Source: Adineta vaga (lineage: Eukaryota; Animalia; Rotifera). From it: DNA of 64,000 nucleotides. Position 1 is the stretch's first letter. The number at the start of each line of letters is the position of its first letter. Below, one piece after another: positions 48,662 to 61,386 of the stretch. The stretch is from contig CP075493.1 in the NCBI GenBank assembly GCA_021613535.1, forward strand, positions 11,222,001 through 11,286,000. Direction: 5' to 3'. The notes beneath the pieces were generated by a model. It saw nothing but the letters and a program-made list of their open reading frames with translations, did not search any database and was not told the DNA's origin. Position numbers and translations under genes: made by a program.

Positions 48662-51600
48662 TCATTTTTTGGAAGTCTTCTTATTATTTAATCTCAATGG
48701 TTGCTTGATGGATATTTCTTTGATTGTTTTAGTGGATTGATTAGGATTCTTCAATTCATCTTTTATTTCAGCTAACATTTTCATTTGTTTTCCCGATGTG
48801 TCTTCGATTTCATTCACGGATTGAAACATATCTTCATCAATATAAGTAGTATATGTAAAAAAATGCACCACGTTTTTGTAAAGTCTTTCCAAACGAGACT
48901 TGCGTTTCATATTACGAAATCCATAGAGTCTAGAGCGATTTGCAAGATGTCCACAGAATAACTGATGAAGTTGTAATCGTAAAATTTCATAATCAGATAT
49001 AAGTTCAAACTTCATATCAATCTGAGCACCTTTAGCTCGGTTTACTAAGGGCATAATTTCACTAACAGCCAAACCTATTTTATATAGAAAGTTAATTTTC
49101 AAATTGAACGAATGTTTTTCATACTTGTCAGTAGATTTCCTACTAAAATTACGATAACAATAGCGAATAAAACAAACATGATATAACTGAGTTTGTAATA
49201 AGGCTTCATTGGATCATGTTCATCGAACATTTTCTCAGAAAAGTCTAGTTCTCCACTCATCATCATTACTAAAATTGAAACGATATGTGAAACGAAATAT
49301 ATAACTTAAATTCTTTTTTGTCGACAATACCTATTTGACTTAATGAACGAGAACCAAAATCATTAAATTCGTCTCGATATTGGAAGAGCATATAGAATGG
49401 TAATGCAAAACTAACGAGTAAACATGTTAGTACAGGAAGAAAGAAAATAAAGCGAATAATGACAATCTTAAGCATAATAAAGTAGATACCAATGATAGGT
49501 ATGTACTGAACATAATAGAGTAAACCTATATAGGCAGCAAATATTCCAAACGTTCCATACTGCCATTGAAGAGGACATCGCATCGTAACGTTGTTTTGAT
49601 AGGCACTATCCCAAAGAAAGATACCACTGAGATAAAGTGCTCCAATTTCGAAAACTAATATAAATAGTTTTGTTATACCATATCGAAAGAAGGCAAGAAA
49701 TAACCAAAAGTTTTTTAGAAGAAGTAGAACGATAACAACACATTTTATATATTTCAATGCATAATCTACTACATTTTTCGTACCTCTACCACCTAAAGTA
49801 CCGTTTTCAAGTGCTTGCGAAACATTCTCACACAATTGATTATCAAAATGAAAGTTTGTTTCATTGTAATATATCTGTGGGTGTTGAACACGCACAGCTA
49901 TTAATGTAAATAAGCTAAGAAAAATGCAATAAAGCAGAAAGAACGCAGAAAATATCCAGCAACTCCAACTACAAGCTAGTCGATTAGCTAAACTTTGACT
50001 CAATGGATGTGCCATCAAATGCGTTCTATTGTGTTTAGCCATTAAACGCAGTGGATAATTTTCAACAATAGTCGCAACATCTCGTGTATATGTATTGATG
50101 TGTCCGACTTTGTCTTCTATTTTATCCGTTGGATTATTTCCTTTTTCATCAACGAAATTATCTTAATGAAAAGAAGACTTAGATTTTCATGAAAATCATC
50201 CATTTTTCTTACCTTTTATCCAAGTATTAATAAAATATTGATCATCTAAGAATTCATAATTGTAAATCTTATTATGTAAAGGTATTCTTTCTCCACCAAT
50301 ATCAATCGTACATTTTTCGAGAATAAGAAGAGCCATGTCAGGCATATGCTCAATAAGCTTTCGCATGGGTGTGCCTGCCATATGTCCTTTTATGAAGCAA
50401 AACTTACGTGGTTGAATTTGTGCATTGCGCATCAATTCAAATATACGATCATGTTCAATAAAATATTTAACAATTTCTTCATTATGTTCTTCAATTGCTA
50501 CTTCAAGACAGTTTAAACCATTTCTATTCGTTAACAGGAGATCAGCATTATGATTGAGTAAAGATTTAACAAGTTTCGACGATCCATATCTGGATGCATT
50601 ATGCAATGGTGTATCCCGTCGAATATTAAGAGCATCAACATCGACATTCTGATGAATAAGATGATCAATACATTCAATTCGATCTTTTACACTTTCTTCA
50701 TTTCCATTATCCCAAGAAACGGCGTAATGCAACGGCGAATTATTATCCATATCAAGTGCATTTGAATCTAACTCGTTGTCAATAAGTAGTTTTAATATTT
50801 GAGGATTACCTGAAATTAAATTGTCACATATATGTGAATTGCATCTTTTAAAAATTACCTTTTACTGCTGCGAGATGTAAATTTGTACGAAATTGAGTAT
50901 CCGTTGCATGAATCATTTTTTTTCTTGATTCTGATTCGGGTATGAGACGCAGCATTGATTCCACAATTTTTAGTTGATTGTTAGAAATAGCTTCTTGAAA
51001 AGGTATTAATTTATTGTAGTTTTTCAAATGCCATATGGGTATTTTTCCTGGATGACTTCTCGGTAACGTTTTGTAAAGTTCTAGTAATTTTTCGCCCATG
51101 TAAACGTTACCTTTTTGAGCACAGATATGTAGTGGTGTATCACCCGTTGCATCTTTTTGCGTTAAAATATACCTTTTCTTGTCAACATTATTCAATGCTT
51201 TGAAGATAATTTCAGTCATCGCTTGCTGTTGTATTTCAGCACAAATATGAAGTACTGTACGTTTGCGATTTTCGGTACGTATACTGAAAACATCGTCTGT
51301 ACATAATTTTGTGTCAAGAAGTGCTTTAACACATTCAAAACGACGATGTTTGACAGCTATCATCAATGGTGTATATCCATCAGAATCTCGTTTTTTTAAT
51401 AGACTATGTGTGATTTTCAAGCATGATATTGACTTATGGCCATCTCGTTCGCGACAAGCAGCGTGAAGAATATTATCTGGGAAAGAAAATGGTTGGTTTT
51501 GAAGAAATGAAACAACTGTTCCGTTTCGATGGCGAACTGCAGCATGAACTAAAGTTTCAATACCAGGATAATTAGGCATATTTTGCAGAAAATTTTTAAG

Positions 51601-52647
51601 AATATCCAGATGACCGTGTTCAGCCGCAATATCTATAGGTCGTTTTTTGTCGTAGGTTTCCTCGTTGAACCATTCATAATGTTCATTATCGAATAGTTCA
51701 AAGATAGCTGTACTATCATAAAATTGGCAAGCATAATGAATTGGTAATGCGCCTTGAATATCACGTAACTATGAAGAGTAAACATATATAGTAAATGAGA
51801 ATAAAAATAATCTACATTGACTTACATCAAATATACTTTTCGATTGCGTAACTTTATCTCTTCGGATGGATTTATCCTTTTTTATTATAGCTTTAGCATT
51901 TTCAATACGACCTTGCATGATAGCATGATGTAATGCCGTTCGTTTTTGATTGTCTTGCGAATAGATGTTGATGTCAGGTTGCATTAATAAATATTGTAGA
52001 ACTGATGAAGATGACTAAAGACAAGCAGAAAAAATTTATCTTTGTTTTGTTTATTATCACTAACATTTGGAGATCGATCGTGATGGTAACTATTTCAGTA
52101 TTGTTTTCGTCATCAACTAAACTTGCAGCCAAATGCAGAGGTGTTTGTCCATCATTTCCAATTAGATTCACATCTATAAGAGGCAAGAGAAATCGATACA
52201 AATAGAATGAAAGAGTAAACTCTGAATAGTGTTTACTGCATTTGAAGTTTTCAATTAGTTCCTGACAAAAGAATAACTTGTTCGATAGAACAGCATAATG
52301 TAATGCGGCATAATTATCTTCTTCATCGAGTTTTTCAAGTATTTCTTTCTTCTGCACTTTGTATGGAGGATCGTTTAATTTTCTGACAATATCTTGCCAG
52401 TTTTGTTGCGCTTGTTCTTCGGTTTCTATTCCATCTTCTTCACCAATAGTTTCATCCAGTATCATCTATATAGATAAAGTACGTGAAAATAATTTATGTT
52501 TTATTTGATTCTTACCTGTTTAATTTGTGTATACATTGGTGGCATCGCTTTCATTGATGTCCTTTCTTTGGGTGCCTTCGATGAACGAAATATATTTGAG
52601 AATTTACTCTCTACATTAACTTGTTCTGGAGTCACTCGGTGCGCCAT
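48662..52647 (-). CDS. TRPA-family ankyrin-repeat cation channel, multi-exon
   Basis: Many ankyrin repeats (TPLHLAA, TALHHA, TPLMIA, TPLHICA, SPLHYA, TPLHNA), LMAHPLSQSL linker, TM block at 49269-50042, pore MMSGELDF, S6/TRP-like NLLT|GLAVSEI. One junction near 52010-52090 is ambiguous. Confidence 0.85.
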
Positions 52648-53337
52648 TAATGTTTATTCAAAGCAATACTTTGTTTTATAAACTTACTAAAGAAAATGAT
52701 TTCAATCTTTGTTCTTACTTACTTTAGTTCGAGTGTGTTTCGGGTGGGAATCAGTTATAAGAAATAACGAAGCTTTTTTAGAAATTTAACTTCTCTCTTA
52801 AAATGTTCGCACCGAACTAATGTGTTGATCTGTTTACTCAGTTGCGTTCTCTTTCATATTAATGATTACCAGCAAAAAACAGTATTGAGTTTTATGCAAA
52901 TGTAGACAATAAACGAAAGAGAATGGCAATTCTTTTGATTCAAATATGTGTTTCCTCCCATAACAAGAGTATGATTTTCATATGATTGAGGGTATTTTTC
53001 CTTTTCGTTGCAACAGAAAATATGCGTAACAACGCTTGGTCTGTTATTGAAACATATCTGAGTGTGAAGACGGGGCTAAAAATAGAAATGGAAAACCATA
53101 ACGTCACTCACACCATTACGCTTATTTTTCTTAATAAAATATAGGATAAAATATTGAAGTTCAACTTATTCTTCGATGCACTGAACATGCACAATATATC
53201 TAGGTTATATAATTAGTAAGTTTTTTTCATTCATGCATAGAAAAATTAAGGATAAATAGAATTAAATATTTTTTATTCCAATTAATTTTGACTTATTCTA
53301 TTAAAGCAGCAGTTATGAAGTCACGCGCGCATCATTA

Positions 53338-54360
53338 ATGATCTATCATAGTTATGTAGACTATTTCATTTCATACAGAGAAATGTCTTCAGATATTGAG
53401 CAAGCTCTTTATATATTCAGTGTTACAGATCATTTATATGAAACATTTGGTTTATTTACAATTATAATATGTACAATTGGCAACTTATGTAATTGTTTCG
53501 TTTTTCTTCGTATTCCACCACTAAATAAACATCCAAATGCATTGTTTTTGGTTGGTGCATCAATAGGAAGTTTATTATTTATCAATACTGGTCTATGGAC
53601 AATTATTATTCGTATACTAACTGGAATTGATTATATGAATAAATCACTATTTTGGTGCAAAGTAAATGGTTGGTTAACATATTCTGGTGGTTGTTTTAGT
53701 TTTATGTGCAATTGTTTTGCAGGGCTGTGTCAATTTCTAATATTATCACCAAATACTCAGTGGCAAAGATTAATCACATATACAAGTGCTAAATTAATTA
53801 TTCTATCTACAGCTATTGTTTATCTTTTGATATTTAGCCCAATACCAATATATTTTACGCACAATCAAACACCATCAGCAACCTATGTTTGTCGAAGTTC
53901 ATCTCGTATAATAGATTTGTATGCTAGTTATTGGATAATGATTGGTTATTATTTTATACCAGCTATATTAACATTCATCTTATTTGCTTTAATATGGTAT
54001 CATTTTCAACAATTCTTACGACGTCGTCATAATATTGAAGGTGTTGTTACTCGTATGATGCTTATACAAATGAGTACTGTATTAATAAGTGGAATTCCAG
54101 CAGGTATTTTCGTTTGTTATATTTTGGTTACACAATCAGTAGTTAAGACACCGTTAAGAGCAAGTTATGAGTTTCTTGTTTTAGTAATCCTTACATTATT
54201 TACCTTCTTGACAAATGGTTCAGCATTTTGGATTTATTTATTTTGTTCGAAAACATTTCGGAAACATCTGAAAGAATATATATTCAAAGTAAAACCTACG
54301 AATAGACAAGTACAACCAATTCCTTTAATAGCAATACATATATCTCCATCGCTACAATAA
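53338..54360 (+). CDS. Orphan class A GPCR (likely start at the ATG near 53383)
   Basis: TIGNLCN, FWCKV, seven TM segments, AFWIY...SKTFRK. Confidence 0.85.
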   Translation: MIYHSYVDYFISYREMSSDIEQALYIFSVTDHLYETFGLFTIIICTIGNLCNCFVFLRIPPLNKHPNALFLVGASIGSLLFINTGLWTIIIRILTGIDYMNKSLFWCKVNGWLTYSGGCFSFMCNCFAGLCQFLILSPNTQWQRLITYTSAKLIILSTAIVYLLIFSPIPIYFTHNQTPSATYVCRSSSRIIDLYASYWIMIGYYFIPAILTFILFALIWYHFQQFLRRRHNIEGVVTRMMLIQMSTVLISGIPAGIFVCYILVTQSVVKTPLRASYEFLVLVILTLFTFLTNGSAFWIYLFCSKTFRKHLKEYIFKVKPTNRQVQPIPLIAIHISPSLQ

Positions 54361-54945
54361 ATTTTACCTTTTATATTGTAAATCTTCAATAAAGAATATG
54401 TAAATGAAAATGTCCATTAGTGATATTTTTCAAAAAAGATATGAATATGAATACGGGATGAGCTCTATGAGAAAGAGAATAGACGCATTGACTTTTGTTG
54501 GGTTTTAAATCATTTGAAACAAAATACAAATAGATTTGCATTTCATTTTTGAATGAATGCCAAAAGTTATTGTTATAAAAATTATGCTCATTGACATGTC
54601 TATTTAAAACAAATTTGTTTAATGCTTCTTCTATATTTTTCATGATAATTTTCTTTACTATTATCTGATAAGAATTAATTCAGTTATAGTTAGTTGTTTT
54701 CGTATATGTTTTGTAACATTCCATAGTGTATCTTTAAAAAAAACAATCACAGCAAAGCAGCACACGTGTAAGTGTAAAGCGTTTTTTCTCGACTGACGAT
54801 TCGTTACAAAAATAAATAAAAAGTAACCTTCTACTGTTAAACACAGAACAGATGGAGAAGAATGAGAGGAAAAGAGTCACTGATAGAGTATCATTCTTAT
54901 TCAAAACGAGTCTAGTATTGTATTTTATTGCTTCTGTATTCGAAA

Positions 54946-55761
54946 ATGGAGCCAAAAATTGTTTTTCTTTGGTGTCATCCACGTTCGATTTCAACTGCAG
55001 TTGAACGTGCATTTATGCAACGACAAGATTTTATCACATTTCATGAACCATTTGGTGAACCCTTTTATTTTGGACCCGAACGTATATCCGATTATTATGA
55101 TGATGAATACTGTGCAAAACACGAGCATGCAAACACAACCTATGAAAAGATTATCAATGAATTTTTCAGTGCTGCTAACATAAACAATAAAAAGGTTTTC
55201 GTAAAAGATATGGCCCGTCATGTAATAAGAAAAGATCATAGGTCAGATCATTCGGACAATCCAACTGTTCTACCGATTGACTTTCTTAAACGTTGTTATC
55301 ATACATTTCTTATTCGTACCCCAGAGAAAGCTCTACCATCTTTATATAATGTCTTTACAAGTGGTCGATGTGTTAATTATGATCGATTCTATACGAATGA
55401 AATGGGTATTCGTGAATTACGAGCTTTATTTCAATTTATAACGAAACTCAATGGTATTCGACCTACTCTCATCGATTCGGCTGATCTTCTTCGCGAACCT
55501 GAAATATATGTGAAGAAATATTGTGAATACTCAATTGAAGATCAATTTGAACCATCAATGATGGAATGGAAAGCAGAGAAAATCGATGCTTTTGATAAAT
55601 GGTCAGGTTTTCATGATGCTGTGCAACAGAGTACTGGATTCAAGAAGCAAATAAAATCTAATGATGATCAGAATGTTGATTTGCCTGGTTTTATTCAAGA
55701 AGCAATTGAAGAAAATATCCCCATTTATAATGAATTAACGAAATTTAAAATGGTTCCATAA
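54946..55761 (+). CDS. Sulfotransferase-like P-loop protein (Sulfotransfer_5 / BCAT-like N-terminal domain family)
   Basis: LWCHPRSISTAVERAF, FHEPFG, VFVKDMA, HTFLIRTPEK, IDSADLL, F(E)PSMMEW, FHDAVQQSTGF; intronless. Confidence 0.78.
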   Translation: MEPKIVFLWCHPRSISTAVERAFMQRQDFITFHEPFGEPFYFGPERISDYYDDEYCAKHEHANTTYEKIINEFFSAANINNKKVFVKDMARHVIRKDHRSDHSDNPTVLPIDFLKRCYHTFLIRTPEKALPSLYNVFTSGRCVNYDRFYTNEMGIRELRALFQFITKLNGIRPTLIDSADLLREPEIYVKKYCEYSIEDQFEPSMMEWKAEKIDAFDKWSGFHDAVQQSTGFKKQIKSNDDQNVDLPGFIQEAIEENIPIYNELTKFKMVP

Positions 55762-56011
55762 ATGAAGCTTGTCTTCCGATAAGACTAACATATGATATAG
55801 TTTATATTTTCATGTAAAAGAAAATGTGTTTTTAGAACAGAATTTATCGATAAATTTCTTCTCTTAAATTGTTATTTGGAAGATTCGATGAAATGTTATT
55901 GTCTCCTCTCTTATCTCTGCTTTTTTCACATATCAATTTCCTTTTTTTTGCCGTTTCTCTAATCATTTTGCTTATTTTGACGACAAACATTTTAAGTCAC
56001 AATAGTAGAAA

Positions 56012-56258
56012 ATGCTTCTAGCAGTTGTTATTGATCTGAGTACTGTATGTTCATGTGTTGGTGTATTTCGACATGATAAAGTAGAAATTATTCCTAACGA
56101 TCAAGGTAATCGAACAATACCCTCCTAATGTTGCATTTACTAATAGCGCACGCCTTTTGGGCGATATGCTGCTAAAATCAAGTAAGAGTGAATACGGATA
56201 ATGCCATATTTGATGTTAAACGACTTATTGGTCGGAAATTTATTGATGCATCTATTCG
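56012..56258 (+). pseudogene. HSP70: HSP70 N-terminal fragment (degraded)
   Basis: [32 protein letters not shown], then frameshifted VAFT..RLLGD..AAK..QV...IFDVKRLIGRKF. Confidence 0.88.
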
Positions 56259-56379
56259 TAATTTGAATTATGAAGCTGTGTAAGCACCAATCGTGATTGA
56301 TTTAAATTGTAAAAATACATACGAATAAACCTCTTCGTTTCTTTGTTCAATAAGAAGTGTACACGTTTTTATACTGCTA

Positions 56380-58100
56380 CTAACGACGAATAACAGGTTT
56401 TCGAAAGACATCAGAATACATTTGACAAATATGTTGTTTAGTAGCATAATTTAGAGAATCAAACATATAAAACACACGAATTTCTTCGATGGCATCTGTA
56501 ACAGATTTGAGTCGTTTATCTTCTTTAAGTAATGATTTCAGTTGATTTATTAGTCGTATCTTGGCACTAATATTTCCTTGACAGATATTAATCATTTTCA
56601 CATTCGATGCTAACAGAAGCCAAGTAATCAATGTCTTTGCATCCAGTTGATCGAGATTGCATGTATTCAAATCAAGAACACTGACTAAAGGTAACATGGG
56701 ATCTTTAGATCGTTCAATGATTAACTAATTGAAGAAAAATACAAATTAGATGTAAAGAGAAATGAGAAACGAACCTGTTCGAGAAGAAGATTTGAAGAAA
56801 CAAAACTGCAATGTAGAATAGAAAGTTCTTGTTGTGATGCTCGAAATATATGACCTATAATGTTTACTAAATCGAGCGTAAGCGGTTGACGATTATGATT
56901 AATAAATCGAAGATATTTTTGTTTGGTAAAACAAACATCGAATAAACTAATATGTCCTTTATTCAAGAGCCAATCTTGAGGATCACTTGGAAACCATATA
57001 TAATCATCTAAGTGACAAGGCATTGAAAAAATGGAAGTTTCACGATGGTTATCACAAAAGATGAGTATTGGTGGTCGAAGAGCATCTAGCCACCAATTAC
57101 TTTGAAATTGATGTAATATGTTGCTAATCTCTTCGGTTTCATCATGCCAATAATTGAAAGCAAATGAAAATTGCTTCAAATGTTGACATGGTTCAAATAT
57201 TCCTTGTAAATAATATCCATCCAATGATTTGTTTAAAGAAATTTCTGGTGTCAAATATTCCAGAGAATCTTGATAATGATTGATTATTCTTTCGATCGTT
57301 TGAATGTCATTTAAACGCTTGGTAGTAGCAGTAATATGCAATTGTTTCAGAGTAGACGAGGATGGAGTTGACATTAACATAGGATCGCAATCTGAATCAT
57401 CATCGGCGGAGACCAGTTGTCTGACTTTTAGATACATTAAATTAGGAGTAAAAGCACACAGTAAAAGTAGAGCTTTCTCGGAACAACTCTCAACACATAG
57501 GCGATTCATAGCTGATGAGACGAATCTGTTTAATGTAAATTTTATCTAAGATCATATCATAGTTTGATTAGCAAACATTTGAAAATATTTCGTAATACAG
57601 ACCTTTAAAGTTTCTTCTTTACATTTCGTATAATCATTTTCATCGTCGGGAAGAATATTGCAAACGTGCATAGTACATCCAAACACGAATGAAGTGCATG
57701 TTGTATAGAATCGCGATCGACATTCAGATCAATAGTAGCAAAATTGGAGCAACGAAGGATGATTGAATGAAGATTCACATAAGAATCTGTGGATAAGAAG
57801 AATTGTGGTAATAGTTTCCACATCAATATTGATAGTTTCGATAATACTCTTAATAGTTTGATTAAATTTATCCAAAATCGTTTCGGAACTATCTTTTAAA
57901 ATAGTAAAGTGACGAATTGATTGATAGACTATTATATTCAATCTATAGTTCAAACCGCAGAATGCTTGAACAACATCAATTGAATTCAAATAGGATATGA
58001 TCATGAATAATAGTTCATTTGGTAATAATTCTAAGCTATTGATTTGATAGTTTTCTTCAATACCAAGGGAACGAAGACTTGATCTCATATTCAACGCCAT
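56380..58100 (-). pseudogene. F-box/degenerate-LRR gene with two apparent frameshifts in exon 1 (pseudogene or assembly errors)
   Basis: F-box LELLPNELLFMIISYL. Frame shifts near 57815 and 57660; downstream exons 57545-56776 and ~56703-56380 join in phase. Confidence 0.62.
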
Positions 58101-58645
58101 TCAATCAAGAAAAGAACTCGCTCGTTGAAAGAAATGTGCACATGCTTGCATAATCAGCAAAAATTCTTTTCATATTTTTTTTTCTTTCTCAAGAAAGGAG
58201 AATCGTTTTTATGCAAAATAACCACGTGCTTTGTCTTTAAATTCGATGCCATGAATGATCGACTCCCATGTGATTATTGATCAACAAGCAGATCTTTTTC
58301 GAATGTTCTTCGTCAGTCATCATTGGCAAGCTCTTCCTATAAATGCAAAAATTCTCAATGACTGTTTTTCTCGATAATTGATCGAGTGTTTTCTGCGATT
58401 ATACCTTTGCATAGTTTCCTACAGTTGGTACTTATATTTTGTAATTCTATGAGACTGAAATAAAAGTCTTTTTTATGTTACAATAGCTATAACACGATAT
58501 GTTGTTGACTAAAGCTCTTTATCTAACATTTACCTTTCTATAACAACACTGCATTTTTTTTCTTCCTACTCTTTACAAAAACAAAATGATTAACATCGGT
58601 AAATAATAAAATCTTCAAAAAGAAATTAGTTTTTTAGTTGCAAAT

Positions 58646-61108
58646 ATGGAAAAAGCTGACTTTAGTCACTTAGAAAAACTAAAGATACAACAACGTATAA
58701 TGAACATTTTGATATGTAGTTTTGGTATTACAATCCTATTGCAGACGTTTTATTATTCTCCTCCATCATTTTCGTCAGCTAAATTACCAACCTCCATCGA
58801 TGATATGCTTCAGCGACTGATGTTCATTTCTTCTCTTATTACATGTATAATATTCTTCACGATTAAGCACCATTTTGGTATATATGCAGCTTATTTATCA
58901 TTTCAAAAATCCATTGAAACAATTCCTGTTCTAATTGATCTAATTACTCTATTATTTATATATCAATACAGTAGGAAGGAAATCAATCAACAAAGTTCAT
59001 CAACCCGTCTTCATTTTTCTGTAATGCTGACACTAACTCGTTTCATTCTCAGTTTTCGTTTCATACATCAGAAATGTAATTGTCGATGGAAAAGACAACT
59101 AGTTAGGACCGTTGATATATTACTATTTATTTTGGTAACTACTAGTCTCCTACAAGATTCACATCCAAGTATTATTCGAATCGTACAAAAACTTTTACTA
59201 GGTTTAATTATTATCCAGTTGAATAATCTATTTTGTAATGAAGTGTTTTGGATTTCCTGCAAAAGATCGATTACTTTGCAAATAGTCAATGTATTTCATC
59301 ATATCTTATCTGTTCGACAGATTTTAGCATTATTTGTTATTAGTTCGTATATTGTCTTTACATTTTACCCGATTATTTTCGATGAAAATGAACGTTTATT
59401 TTTCACTAATCATATCACAAGTTCTCTTAAAGCTTTCATATACAGTGTAACCATTTGTACGATCGTTTTTCTAACTATCAATTGGGATAACTTGCAAAAT
59501 AGATTAGAACTACAGCGGGATAAAATTTTATATTTTTCTATTGGATTTGATAATGTGCTAGAAACGACATCATCCAAACTGGAAGCGTCTATTCAATCTC
59601 AAAAAAGATTAACAACTGTACTTACAGATGGTGTTAAGTAAGAATTTATTTTGTACAAATTGTCGACATATGTAATTTCGTTTTGTAGTCCTAGATCAAA
59701 TCCAATACAAAGCACAGAACTAAAACCTTTAAGATCTTACACTAATGACAAATATAAAGAGCTGAGGTTTTCTCTTGAAAATCTATTAAAAGCGTCTGGA
59801 TTGCCAAAATTACAAAATATTCCACAAGCACCAGTACGATTGATTTTCCAGGACACACTTACTTTGTTTTTGTTTAATTTAGAATAAAAAGAGCGGTTCA
59901 TTCCCTCACCTCGTTGGCTCATTTTTTTCCATCGAAAACGTCAGAATCAATTGCAGAAGCAAAGTCAACTTCCTTAACTATTGAAAATGGATTAATTGAA
60001 ATTGAAAAAGGCGATATTACACAACAAAAAGTAAACATCTCCTATTCCTTTGTATTCTCTCGGAGAGTGTCTTTCACACGTTTTATTCTAGGTAGATGTT
60101 ATCATCGGAAGTTCATCGTCGAATAATCTTCGAAAAGTTTTATTAAAAGTAGGTGGAGAACATGTTGCCTGTTTTTACAATAAAGAATATGAAAATAATC
60201 CAAATTCATTACTTATCTCGACACCTGCAGGTCAACTACTTTGTAAAAGAATATTTTTTCTCAAATGGCAACCTGACAGCGATCCAGAACTTCTTCGACA
60301 ATCAATTGTTGATCTTATATCTAATGTCGTACAAAATGTTCGTGCACATAATTATACTTCAATTGCTTTTCCAGCTATTGGCTGTGGTGGACATGCTTGT
60401 TCAGTTGACATTGTAGTTAAAACAATGATTAGAGAAATGAAACAACATATTAAAGAGAGAAAACTAGCATGGACAGTAAAATTCATTATTGAACCAAATC
60501 AACAAAATGTTTATGATGAATTTTGTAAACAACTTCTATCATCTAATCAACCATCAACTTTATATGGTAGACAACAGTCTGAAAATAAACAATTGCGATG
60601 TACCATTTCGCAATATACAGATGAATATAAATTAATTATAAATCAATTCGATGAAACAATGAAAGGAAAATATACGAAAATTATTCAACTTGAACGAATT
60701 CAAAATGAACGATGGCAAATGCAATATCTTGCTCATTGGAAAGATTTTCGCAAAAGATTGAATGAAAATACCGAAAAACTCTTATACCATGGATGTCCTG
60801 AATCAGCAGCAAAATTAATTATTGAAGATTGTTTTAATCGAAGTTTTGCTGGTGTTAATGGAACTTTATATGGCGTTGGTGTTTATTTTTCATCCAATGC
60901 AAGTTATAGTCATGGATATACAAAATCTAATATTAAAGGTGAACGATGCATGTTTGTTGCTCGTGTTCTTGTGGGAAAGACGACTCAAGGCAATGCACAC
61001 ATGAAAATTCGACCACTTGGATTCGATTCAACAACAGATGGAAATCATATTTTTGTTACTTATCATGATGCACAAGCATATGCTGAATATTTAATTACAT
61101 ATAAATAA
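58646..61108 (+). CDS. Multi-TM + macrodomain + PARP catalytic domain (PARP14/15-like mono-ADP-ribosyltransferase)
   Basis: Macro: IEIEKGDITQQK|VDVIIGSSS...SIAFPAIGCG. PARP: LYHG, YGVGVYFS, SHGY, IFVTYHDAQAYAEYLI. The TM exon joins in phase via intron 59638-59688; the junction at 59767/59834-59882 is ambiguous. Confidence 0.8.
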
Positions 61109-61386
61109 ATAAAAATGATATTTTAATTTCAGATGAATCAGTTACGATTCTTCGTTCGGTGTATTTTGACTTTTTTTTCATTCTGTCGTAACGCATGACT
61201 TCATTCGTATATGTAAAAATCAAAAGTTAACGCATGGAGATAAATGTGAAAAAAAATCCGATACTGAACACATTGCCTATCGTTTATTATACACGTAGTA
61301 GAGAAAAATGAAGTATAAAATCATGTGAAGACAAAATATTAGTATTTTTTGTTATGTTTTATGGGCATCATTTTTTTTATAATTAG

